Source of the DNA: Spongiibacteraceae bacterium
GTDB lineage: Bacteria; Pseudomonadota; Gammaproteobacteria; Pseudomonadales; Spongiibacteraceae
Length of the DNA: 45,427 nt
Direction: 5' to 3'
Assembly: GCA_041546665.1 (NCBI GenBank)
Contig: JBFEVY010000001.1
Location: 1 to 45,427 of the forward strand
In this document: positions 35,536-44,739 of the stretch, piece by piece
How positions within the stretch are numbered: the first letter of the stretch is position 1
Layout: the number at the start of each line of letters is the position of its first letter
Made by a program: the position numbers and the translations under genes
The notes under the pieces: generated by a model
What the model was told of the DNA's origin: nothing
The model's input: only the letters and a program-made list of their open reading frames with translations
The model's database searches: none

Positions 35536-38097
35536 TCAAAAGCTGTAGCGCAGTCTTGCACCCAACATTTTAGGTGCACCGACCTGGCCGTTATCAAAGC
35601 TGGTCGCCTCGTAAATGCCGGAGGAGAAGGTCAGATACTCCTCGTCCGTGACATTGGTACCAAACACAGTGAGGTCGAATCGCGTTCCCAGAATACTCTC
35701 CCAGCTTGCATTGAGGTTGAGGATGCTGAAATCATCCAATACCGCATAAGGAGAAGTTCCGTCAGCGGCAACCCGAACATTGCCAGTATAGGCATAGGTC
35801 GCACCGATATTGATTACGCCGAGCGATGGACTCAGTGGCAAGTCGTAACTAAGCGAAGCAACCCAGGATTCATCCGCAGCAAATGGTAGGTTTTCGCCCT
35901 CTGCCACACTTGCTGTTGCAGTGCCCGCTGCGATTTGCCCTGACAAGGGGTTGCCCGTTTGCGCCGTTACCGCTTCGGCGATGATTGCCGAATTGAACGG
36001 CAGTTGCTCAAGCAGTTCGGTATCGAGTTTCGAATAGGACAACACCAAGTTTAGACCATCAGCCAGGGAGAAGAAGCCCTCTACCTCAACCCCGTCCACC
36101 CGCGCTTTACCGGCATTGACTATTGTGGTGGTAGGCCCCGAGGTGGGCGAAATATACCCCGTCTGAATCTGCATATCGGTCAGGTCATTGCTGAACACCG
36201 CAATATTGAAACGCCCTGGCACCGGACCACCGAATTGGGTTTTCGCGCCGATTTCATAATTGTCGATAGTCTCGTGACCGAAGGTATCCAGGCCCGGATC
36301 TGCATTCATATTGATGCCGCCCTGACGATAGCCTCGCACGTATTTCGCGTAGAACATGGCCGCGTCACCAAAGGGTTTGTAGTCGACTTCCAATAGCCCC
36401 GTGGGCGCCTCACTCGACACTTTGGGGTTAGTCTCCGTGACTATTGCAGCCCGCTGCACCGTGAGCAAATACTGGTAGTTGGTTTTTTCGCCCTCGCCCT
36501 CTGACTCATCCCGCGTGTAGCGCAGGCCGGCGGTGACCCCAACATTTTCTGTAACGTCGTAGGTCATCTGCCCGTAGACAGCCTGACCGAGGAAGGAGTA
36601 TTCGAGGTCTGTCGAAAGCACACCGCCAATCAGCCCACCTAGCGGATCAAAACAGTCGAACTGTGAAGGGTCACCCTCCAAAGTCGACAAATCACAGTAC
36701 ACGAGAGTAGCTGTTGTACCACCAGACACCCTATCCGGACGACTGTCTTCATAATACAGGCCCGTTTGCCAAACCATCTTGCCATCAAAGGCAATACCTT
36801 CAGCGCGCAGCTCTTCCACCCAGGTGATTTGACTCGCGGTTGGCGTACCTGGTTTGAGAATCGACCCGCCCATGGCAAACTTTCGATTTGGAGACAGCGC
36901 CGGTAAATTTCCGACCACATCCCCCAACAAGCCCAGGACTGATTGTAGTGGCGACAGATCGATACCGGTCAGCGAGGTTTCTTTAAAGTTCATCCCCCAC
37001 ACATCTGAGCTGTTGACTGTCTCCAGATGGCCGTAGGCGAGAATATTTTTAAAGGAGACATTCTCAAAAGCATTCCAGGTGGTGGTATTTATCAAGCGTT
37101 TTTCTTTGATAATACTCAGAGGGGTCTTCGCCGAACTGGCGACATCGTAGAAGCCGTTTTGCCCCTGAGCCTCGCGCTCGGCAAGATCTTGCTCGCAACC
37201 TCGTCCGGTAATCAAATAAAACTGAGCAGTGGGGTCAGGGTTACAATCCAGCAGGCTCATCACATAACCATTGGATTTTGAGTCGACATAATTCAAAACC
37301 GTGTAGTTTTCGATTTTGTCACTAATATCCCAAAGCACTCCGAGCCGGTAAGCCGTGTAATTTACATTGGCGAAGTCATCCGCGCCGATACCGGTAATAT
37401 TATTGAGGTAACCATCACGCTCATTGTTGTCGATACCAAAGCGAATCTTAAATGAGTCTGACACAGGTAGATTGACAACAAGCTGCTGTTGCTTGGCACT
37501 GTAATCCCCACCGGAAAACTCCATATACCCCTCAAACTCGTCCGACGGACGGTTTGGCACCAGCAACACAGCGCCCCCGGTGGTATTGCGACCAAACAGT
37601 GTTCCCTGCGGGCCTTTCAGAACCTGCACATTCTGTAGATCATAAAAGTATCCGGGGCCAGCACCATCTCCCGAGGGCTGCGCTATCGCGCCCCTTGGAG
37701 CGACCACCTCGGCGAAATACGTTGCCACCGTTGCGGCAGTGCGAATTGTCTGACTGAAACCGCGCAAGGAAAATGTCGCGCTTTCGCTACCCAAGTTGGT
37801 ATTTGCACTCAGCGATGGTGTGTAGGCTGCCAGATCACTGGCATTAGTAATATTTGCCTTCGACACCTGATCCTGACTAAAAACGGTGACCGATATCGGT
37901 ACTTCCTGAGCACTCTCCTCCCGTCGCTGTGCCGTAACCAGAATTTCTTCCAGCTCAGCTCGCTGCTTTTTCTGAGCAAGCGCGGTATTGGGAAACAACA
38001 GACACGATACGGCAACAGATAACGCCGTGCCGGCGACAAAAAACGCAGACCAAATTGTATTATTCACTCGAGCCCCCGAGTAGTAGCGTCCTAGCAA
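35536..38097 (-). CDS. TonB-dependent receptor
   Basis: Signal peptide, LEEILVTAQRREE TonB-box region, VLKGPQGTLFGRNTTGGA plug, C-terminal GARLRYSF; start uncertain (38097 or 38067). Confidence 0.94.
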   Translation of the reverse strand: MLGRYYSGARVNNTIWSAFFVAGTALSVAVSCLLFPNTALAQKKQRAELEEILVTAQRREESAQEVPISVTVFSQDQVSKANITNASDLAAYTPSLSANTNLGSESATFSLRGFSQTIRTAATVATYFAEVVAPRGAIAQPSGDGAGPGYFYDLQNVQVLKGPQGTLFGRNTTGGAVLLVPNRPSDEFEGYMEFSGGDYSAKQQQLVVNLPVSDSFKIRFGIDNNERDGYLNNITGIGADDFANVNYTAYRLGVLWDISDKIENYTVLNYVDSKSNGYVMSLLDCNPDPTAQFYLITGRGCEQDLAEREAQGQNGFYDVASSAKTPLSIIKEKRLINTTTWNAFENVSFKNILAYGHLETVNSSDVWGMNFKETSLTGIDLSPLQSVLGLLGDVVGNLPALSPNRKFAMGGSILKPGTPTASQITWVEELRAEGIAFDGKMVWQTGLYYEDSRPDRVSGGTTATLVYCDLSTLEGDPSQFDCFDPLGGLIGGVLSTDLEYSFLGQAVYGQMTYDVTENVGVTAGLRYTRDESEGEGEKTNYQYLLTVQRAAIVTETNPKVSSEAPTGLLEVDYKPFGDAAMFYAKYVRGYRQGGINMNADPGLDTFGHETIDNYEIGAKTQFGGPVPGRFNIAVFSNDLTDMQIQTGYISPTSGPTTTIVNAGKARVDGVEVEGFFSLADGLNLVLSYSKLDTELLEQLPFNSAIIAEAVTAQTGNPLSGQIAAGTATASVAEGENLPFAADESWVASLSYDLPLSPSLGVINIGATYAYTGNVRVAADGTSPYAVLDDFSILNLNASWESILGTRFDLTVFGTNVTDEEYLTFSSGIYEATSFDNGQVGAPKMLGARLRYSF

Positions 38098-38184
38098 TAT
38101 TTGCTTATTATTTTTTTAATGTTTCACCGAGGCATCTATACGCCAGCGGGCCAGAAACCCGGCCCGCAGCGCAGACATACCCCG

Positions 38185-40689
38185 TCAGAAATTGTACTTG
38201 AGACTTGCGCCCACCATTTTAGGCAGCCCCATATTTACCGACTCGTAACCCAACTGACTATAGGTACCCGAGGAGAAGGTGATGTACTCCTCGTCTTTTA
38301 TATTGGTACCGTAGACAGTCAGGTCAAAAGCACTGCCCATAATGCCGTACCATCCGGCATTCAGGTTCAAGATAGAATAATCATCAAGCATATCGTTTGG
38401 TGTTGAACCGCTTGCGGCCGTGCGCATTTCACCCGTGTAGACATAAGCTGCACCGACTTCCATCAAGCCCCAGCTCGGAGAGAGCGGCAGGCGATAACGC
38501 AACGAAGCCACCCAGGAGGAGTCCGCCGCAAAGCGCATCTCGTCGCCCACATTTTCCGCAGGGGTTACGGTGGCACCCGCGAGCTGCCCCGACAAAGGAT
38601 TACCCGAAGCCGCGGTTACCGCATCAATAATCGCCTGAGTGTCAATATTCGACTGTTCAAGCACTTCCGTATCCAGCTTCGAATAAGACAAGTTCAACAA
38701 TAGGCCTTCGTACAACGCAAAGGTCGCTTCAATCTCGTAACCCTTAACTTCAGCTTTGCCCAAGTTAGCAATAGTTGACGTTGAACCTGAGGTAGCGGAA
38801 ACGTATCCCACCTGCGCCTGGGCATCGGTCAGCTCATTATCGAAGTAGGAGACATTGAAACGGCCAGGAACCGGACCACCGAAACTGGTTTTCAAACCGA
38901 TTTCATAGGTATCAATATATTCCGGCTCAAAGGTATCAATACCGGCATCTGCCGACAGGTTGACGCCGCCCTGACGATAGCCCTTGATATATTTGGCGTA
39001 CATCATTGCGTCCATAAAATCGAGATCTGGCTTGTAATTCAGCTCCACCATCCCGGTTGGTTCGCGGCTTACCACGGTAGGGCTGGTGACGGTTTCATTC
39101 TCAGTAGCCCGAATCATAGTCAAATAGGAGTACCGTTTTTTGACACCACGCCCCGAGGATTCATCCTCGGTGTATCGCGCCCCCAATGTCAGGGTCAGAG
39201 AATCGAGAATATCGTAGCTCGCCTGTCCATAGATCGCCTTACCAAGAAACTGATACCGATACTCAGTGTTAAGTACACTGCCGATAGAACCAGCAAGGGG
39301 ATCAAAGCAGTTCCACTCGCTGGGTTCCAAGGTTTCCAGAGTGGTAAGATCACAGTACAACAGCGATGCAGTGGTATTACCAGAGTAGCCATCGGGGCGA
39401 CTGTTTTCATAGTACAAGCCAGCTTGCCAAAGCAGCTTATCGCTCAGAGAGGTTCCCTGTAGGCGCAACTCTTCCACCGTGGTTTCCTGACTCGCGACCG
39501 GAATATCAGGGCGCGCTACCGATGCCCCCACCGTGAATTCCCTATTTGCATCACCGATCGGCGCGCCGGGAAAACCCAGACCGCCGGTCGCGTAGCTCTC
39601 TTTGAACCGCGTTCCAAAAACGTTGGAACCATTGCGGGTCTCAAGGTGGCCGTAGGCGAGAATATTGGTCAAGGTTAAGGAATCGCTGATATTCCAGGTT
39701 GTTGTGTTAATCACGCGTTTTTCTTTGATCACACTTTCCGCTGTTTTAACGGTACTTGCTACATCGTAAAAACCATTATTTCCAGCAGCAGCCTGCTCAC
39801 TCAACTGAGCGCCACACGCCAAACCGATAAACGCGTAGAACGGCAGTGTCATATCGCCGTTACACAGATCAAGCCTTTCGGTATAGCCGTTTGTCTTCGA
39901 ATTGACGTAGTTAAAAATAGTGTAATTTTCAAGGGTATCAGAAATGTTCAAAACCACGCTGAAACGACCAGCGGTGTAGCCCACATTCCCCAGATCACTC
40001 GGGCCAATCTCGCTAATATTATTGAGGTAGCCATCCCGCTCCTTTTTATCAATACCGAAGCGGATTTTGAGATTGTCCCTAAGCGGCACATTTACAGCCA
40101 GCTGCGCCTGCCGTTCATTGTAGTCTCCCACAGAGAACTGCGCATAACCGCTCTGTTCATCGTCGGGTTTGTTCGGCACCAACAATACGGCGCCACCGGT
40201 AGTGTTACGCCCAAACAGGGTTCCCTGCGGACCTTTCAGGACCTGAACGTTCTGCAGATCAAAGAAGTAGCCCGGGCCGGCACCATCCCCCGACGGCTGG
40301 GCGATTGCACCGCGAGGCGCGACCACCTCAGCAAAATAGGTTGCTACGGTTGATGCGGTGCGGATTGTCTGGTTAAAGCCACGCAGGGAAAACGTCGCAT
40401 TTTCATTGCCCAGATTAGAGTTCATGCTCAGCGAAGGAGTATAGGTGGCAAGATCACTGGCATTGGTAACATTCGAGCGGGACAACTGCTCTTGACTAAA
40501 TGCAGTGATCGAGATCGCAACATCCTGAGCGCTTTCTTCTCTGCGCTGGGCAGTAACCACGACCTCCTCAAGCATGCCTTTAGCATTGGAATTGGCATCC
40601 TCCGCTGCATTCAAAGACCCACTACCGGTAACTGCAACGCCCGTCATTGCGGCGACAAACAACGCCGATTTACTCAGAGATTGACTCAT
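38185..40689 (-). CDS. TonB-dependent receptor (paralogue of the adjacent one)
   Basis: Signal peptide, LEEVVVTAQRREE, near-identical plug motif, C-terminal GASLKYNF. Confidence 0.95.
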   Translation of the reverse strand: MSQSLSKSALFVAAMTGVAVTGSGSLNAAEDANSNAKGMLEEVVVTAQRREESAQDVAISITAFSQEQLSRSNVTNASDLATYTPSLSMNSNLGNENATFSLRGFNQTIRTASTVATYFAEVVAPRGAIAQPSGDGAGPGYFFDLQNVQVLKGPQGTLFGRNTTGGAVLLVPNKPDDEQSGYAQFSVGDYNERQAQLAVNVPLRDNLKIRFGIDKKERDGYLNNISEIGPSDLGNVGYTAGRFSVVLNISDTLENYTIFNYVNSKTNGYTERLDLCNGDMTLPFYAFIGLACGAQLSEQAAAGNNGFYDVASTVKTAESVIKEKRVINTTTWNISDSLTLTNILAYGHLETRNGSNVFGTRFKESYATGGLGFPGAPIGDANREFTVGASVARPDIPVASQETTVEELRLQGTSLSDKLLWQAGLYYENSRPDGYSGNTTASLLYCDLTTLETLEPSEWNCFDPLAGSIGSVLNTEYRYQFLGKAIYGQASYDILDSLTLTLGARYTEDESSGRGVKKRYSYLTMIRATENETVTSPTVVSREPTGMVELNYKPDLDFMDAMMYAKYIKGYRQGGVNLSADAGIDTFEPEYIDTYEIGLKTSFGGPVPGRFNVSYFDNELTDAQAQVGYVSATSGSTSTIANLGKAEVKGYEIEATFALYEGLLLNLSYSKLDTEVLEQSNIDTQAIIDAVTAASGNPLSGQLAGATVTPAENVGDEMRFAADSSWVASLRYRLPLSPSWGLMEVGAAYVYTGEMRTAASGSTPNDMLDDYSILNLNAGWYGIMGSAFDLTVYGTNIKDEEYITFSSGTYSQLGYESVNMGLPKMVGASLKYNF

Positions 40690-40886
40690 ACTTGTTCTCT
40701 TTTGTTATTTGTTACTGCAAAACCCGCGGCAGCGAAAATGCAGCTGCACGTTCTGCCGCGCTGACGCTTCTCAATTCGCGCCAACTCCCACTTTGCCTGA
40801 CAAACCTTTTATTTCATTTATTAAGGACGACACACCGGCTTAGAACCGGAATCGAACCATCAAGACAGGGATAGTTTAAACACACA

Positions 40887-40905
40887 AACTGATAAGTAGT
40901 CAACT
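40887..40905. promoter_or_regulatory. island-wide operator copy
   Basis: AACTGAT-AAGTA-GTCAACT (reverse complement AGTTGAC-TACTT-ATCAGTT). Confidence 0.62.
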
Positions 40906-41055
40906 TTTTAATAATCAACAAGAACACGCAAAGAATGCGGCTTGTGGCGCCATTTCCCAGGGTTAATCATCAAATCCACGAAATTACACAACACTGGACG
41001 AGAACTTATTCAGCCCGCTATTATTGCTGCTATGTTAGTTTTTTAGGTTATCGCC

Positions 41056-42573
41056 GTGCATACCCCATATTTTAATAAACAATTACACGCCACCCCTGAC
41101 ACCACCGCGCTTGCCGATCTGAGCCGGACACGAAGCTGGCAGGAGCTGGATCTGAATATTGCCAGGATGGCGGAATTCCTGGCAGGGGAAGCGGGACTAC
41201 GACCCAACGACCACATAGCGATAATGGTTGGAAATCGTGTCGAATACATCGAGCTCATGCTCGCAGGTATGTTGGCCGGACTCTGGGTTACTCCGGTTAA
41301 CACCCACCTTAACCCCCAGGAAGTCGACTACATCCGCCGCGATAGCGGCGCCAAAATCCTCTTCCACGACGACGCCCATCAACATCTGCTGCTCGCCAAT
41401 GCAGATGACACCTGCAAAGCAATGAATGTCAACGACGTCGCCCAACAACTCCCAGATACCCCCAGCACGCCGATAGATGCCCACGCTCCTGCCGGTGGCA
41501 CCATGCTATATACCAGTGGCACAACCGGTAAACCCAAGGGCGTAAAGCGCGCCAAACCCAACACCGTGGCGGAAATGGTCGAGCGGATGCAAAATCTGGG
41601 TCGCGCCTTCGGCCTTACGGGCAATGGCCCCCACCTGGTGACCGGCCCCCTGTACCACGCCGCACCCGGCTTGCTAGCCATGTACGATATGATCAACGGC
41701 GCACCCATGGTGGTATTGCCGAAGTGGAGCTGTGATTCCTTCTTCAACACGGTGCGCGACTACCGGGTTACCACCACCCACCTGGTTCCCACCATGTTTA
41801 TCCGCCTGCTGGAGGCTTGGGAGCAACGACAAAAAAGCGGATCGACCGACGAAATCGACCTCTCATCGCTGCAATATGTTTTGCACGGCGCGGCACCAAT
41901 CAGCCAAGCCGTAAAGCAGCGTATGATCGACTGGTGGGGCCCCATCCTGACAGAATACTGGGGCGCCACTGAATCCGGCGTTGTCACCATGGTCAGCAGC
42001 GAAGACTGGCTGAGCCACCCGGGCACCGTAGGCAGAGCCATCGCCAATTTCGAGGTGTTTGTCGCCGACGAGCTGGGCAACCCAACAGGGGAAGATGAAG
42101 GCCTGCTGTTTTGCCGCCACAAGCACCTGGCCCAGGTCTTCAGCTACCACAACGACCCGGACAAAACCCGGAGCACTCACCCTCAGGACTATGTATTCAG
42201 CCTTGGCGACATCGGCCGCATCGACGAAGACGGTTTTGTGTATCTCTCTGATAGAAAATCAAACATGATTATTTCTGGAGGCGTGAACATCTACCCCACC
42301 GAGGTTGAACAAGCGCTTCTTGAGCATGAAGATATTGCCGATGCAGCGGTGTTCGGCCTACCCGACCCTGAGTGGGGGGAAACGGTAAAAGCCGTTGTCG
42401 AATTGCGTGAGGGCCTGGCACCCCAGCCCGAAATGGTCGAGGAGATTCGCAGCTTTTTGCGCGAACACATCGCTGGCTTTAAAATTCCCCGCGCCATCGA
42501 GTTTACCGACAAGCTGCCCCGCAACCCCTCTGGCAAGGTGCCCATTCGGGAGCTAAAAGCCCGGTATAGCTGA
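41056..42573 (+). CDS. acyl-CoA synthetase (AMP-forming)
   Basis: YTSGTTGKPKG, GPLYHAAP, HGAAP, YWGATE, LGDIG, ISGGVNIYP, PSGKV. Confidence 0.93.
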   Translation: MHTPYFNKQLHATPDTTALADLSRTRSWQELDLNIARMAEFLAGEAGLRPNDHIAIMVGNRVEYIELMLAGMLAGLWVTPVNTHLNPQEVDYIRRDSGAKILFHDDAHQHLLLANADDTCKAMNVNDVAQQLPDTPSTPIDAHAPAGGTMLYTSGTTGKPKGVKRAKPNTVAEMVERMQNLGRAFGLTGNGPHLVTGPLYHAAPGLLAMYDMINGAPMVVLPKWSCDSFFNTVRDYRVTTTHLVPTMFIRLLEAWEQRQKSGSTDEIDLSSLQYVLHGAAPISQAVKQRMIDWWGPILTEYWGATESGVVTMVSSEDWLSHPGTVGRAIANFEVFVADELGNPTGEDEGLLFCRHKHLAQVFSYHNDPDKTRSTHPQDYVFSLGDIGRIDEDGFVYLSDRKSNMIISGGVNIYPTEVEQALLEHEDIADAAVFGLPDPEWGETVKAVVELREGLAPQPEMVEEIRSFLREHIAGFKIPRAIEFTDKLPRNPSGKVPIRELKARYS

Positions 42574-42662
42574 GTCACACCGGACTTCCTGCAGCGGTGT
42601 CACCACCGCGTGCTATATGTGTGACAATACCGGCAAACACAACACCATTACTGGAGAAAATA

Positions 42663-44009
42663 ATGAGTAATCCAGCGGCGCCGACACAGCTTGCCAACGC
42701 CGATACCGAACAGGTAACGCCACAGGCCTACTATGCGCTTGGCGTATTGCTGGCAGCCTATATCCTGTCGTTTATCGACCGCAACGTCATGGCAGTGTTG
42801 ATTGGCCCAATCCGCCAGGACCTTCATATAACAGATTTCCAGTACAGCCTTCTGCACGGCTTTGCCTTTTCAATGTTTTACATTGTTCTGGGTATACCCA
42901 TCGCCCGGCTAGCCGACCACAGCAACCGTAAGTGGATTATTACTATCGGCATCTTTTTCTGGAGCATCATGTGCTGCCTGTGCGGCATGGCGCGCAACGT
43001 GGTCACGCTGTTTATTGCTCGCATCGGGGTCGGCGTTGGTGAAGCCGCCCTGTCGCCACCCGCCTTTTCGATGCTCTCCGACTATTTCCCCCCGGCCAAG
43101 CAAGCTCGCGCCTTCGCGATATACAGCCTTGGCGTGACCATTGGCGGCGGACTGTCGGCGATTATTGGCGGATTTGTCTACAAATTTTTTGCCGCCAGCG
43201 GCGGTGCCACCCTGCCGATTCTCGGGCATGTGAGCGCCTGGCAAATGACTTTTGTTTGCGTGGGCGCCCCGGGCCTGATTCTGGTTTTCCTGCTGAGCTT
43301 GATTAAGGAACCCGAACGCCGCCTGGATCGCGACCCCGTGGTCAGTGAATCCAGCTCCAGTCTTCGAGAGTGTTGGGACTACCTGAAACGCCACCGCAGA
43401 ATCTACATCGGGGTCATTGGCGCCAACGCCCTGCTCACCGTAATGACCTACGGCACCCTGGCCTGGTTTATCGAATTCATGATTCGCAGCTATGGCGTCC
43501 CGCGGGAATCCGCCGGAGCGCAATTCGGACTGATTTATATTATTGCCGGCAGTCTGGGCGCCATTACGATCGGCTGGTTTGTCCAGCCCATGGTTCAACG
43601 CGGCATTGTCGACGCTCCAGCGCGAATGCTGCTGATCATTTCCGTGCTTCTCGCCATCCCAGCCATCGCCGGGCCACTTAGCCCCAACCCGACCCTGGCG
43701 GTGATTCTCGCCTGCCCCACATTGTTTCTGCTCAACGGATTTTACGGGCCCGGCGTCACCGCATTGCAGGCGGTTACCCCCAACCGAATGAAAGCGCAGG
43801 TGACCGCGCTGTCACTATTTTTTGCTAATCTATTTGGGCTGGCGCTCGGCCCCACCATCGTCGCAACCCTGACCGACTTTGTGTTCGGCGACGACGCGGC
43901 GCTGCGCTACTCACTCGCGGTATTGCCCATAGTCTTGTGCCCACTGGCTGCCCTCCTGGCCTACCAGGCATTGAAGCCCTACCGGGAGCTGGTGGCTCAC
44001 CAGGCCTAA
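42663..44009 (+). CDS. spinster-like MFS transporter
   Basis: LSFIDRN, ARLADHSNRK, ARIGVGVGEAAL; GGAGA RBS before ATG 42663. Confidence 0.92.
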   Translation: MSNPAAPTQLANADTEQVTPQAYYALGVLLAAYILSFIDRNVMAVLIGPIRQDLHITDFQYSLLHGFAFSMFYIVLGIPIARLADHSNRKWIITIGIFFWSIMCCLCGMARNVVTLFIARIGVGVGEAALSPPAFSMLSDYFPPAKQARAFAIYSLGVTIGGGLSAIIGGFVYKFFAASGGATLPILGHVSAWQMTFVCVGAPGLILVFLLSLIKEPERRLDRDPVVSESSSSLRECWDYLKRHRRIYIGVIGANALLTVMTYGTLAWFIEFMIRSYGVPRESAGAQFGLIYIIAGSLGAITIGWFVQPMVQRGIVDAPARMLLIISVLLAIPAIAGPLSPNPTLAVILACPTLFLLNGFYGPGVTALQAVTPNRMKAQVTALSLFFANLFGLALGPTIVATLTDFVFGDDAALRYSLAVLPIVLCPLAALLAYQALKPYRELVAHQA

Positions 44010-44100
44010 CCCCTTCGAAGACAGCAACAGCCAGGGTAGCGGCGATTCGAAAAATGAAGCCACACCGCAGGTAAAGGCAGAGAGAAAGACAGTATCAGAG

Positions 44101-44146
44101 AAAAAAGCCGCCAGAAGCGCGTACAGGGGTGAGTTCTTCTGGCGGC
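44101..44146 (-). terminator. terminator-like hairpin downstream of the EthD-family gene
   Basis: Minus strand GCCGCCAGAAG-N18-CTTCTGGCGGC-TTTTTT. Confidence 0.6.
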
Positions 44147-44172
44147 GGAAAACAGATTTTAACTAGGCCCGC

Positions 44173-44493
44173 TTAACTTGCTTCGGCAACAACCTCGCTG
44201 ACCTGCATAACCGGTTTTATATCCGTGTAGTTAGGCACGTCAGCCATAATTTTTTTCTGATGTGGCCCAAACGCCCCATAAAATTTTTCAACCGACTCGC
44301 AGTAGATATGGCACGCGGCAACGAAATCCGGATTGCTTCCAGGAGCTGCACCTGTCAGGCCCTTATCAATGGTATAACGGAGACAATCATCTCCCATACA
44401 TTCCTTAATCAAAGGCATGTGCTTATCGCGATAATATTCGAAATCAAACGCACCCCGATCAGAATAGGGGTAGAGAACACTTACTTTTATCAC
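44173..44493 (-). CDS. EthD family protein
   Basis: MIKVSVLYP...FDFEYYRDKHMPL...IMADVPNYTDIKPVMQVSEV. Confidence 0.9.
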   Translation of the reverse strand: MIKVSVLYPYSDRGAFDFEYYRDKHMPLIKECMGDDCLRYTIDKGLTGAAPGSNPDFVAACHIYCESVEKFYGAFGPHQKKIMADVPNYTDIKPVMQVSEVVAEAS

Positions 44494-44739
44494 GGCGCTA
44501 ACTCTTTAACAGTATTGTATTTTTCACGGTTTACCGGGCGGCAATCAGGAACACGTCCAGATTTGCCCTACATCACCCGCTCATAATATGTCATTTTATT
44601 CTTTCTATCAATTATTTTTGTATCACTTTAAGGCAAGTCCTGCCCAGCGCCTGAAAGAAGAATTTATTCAGCAAGATAGTATCCAGGGGAGAAACGGGTT
44701 AATACCGATGCGTATCCGCACGGCTTGGAACAGTGCTGA

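Noticed and set aside
41022-41040. Further weak operator-like half sites (also 44595-44613 and near 17556)
   Set aside because: Only one half matches within AT-rich sequence; not distinguishable from chance by eye.
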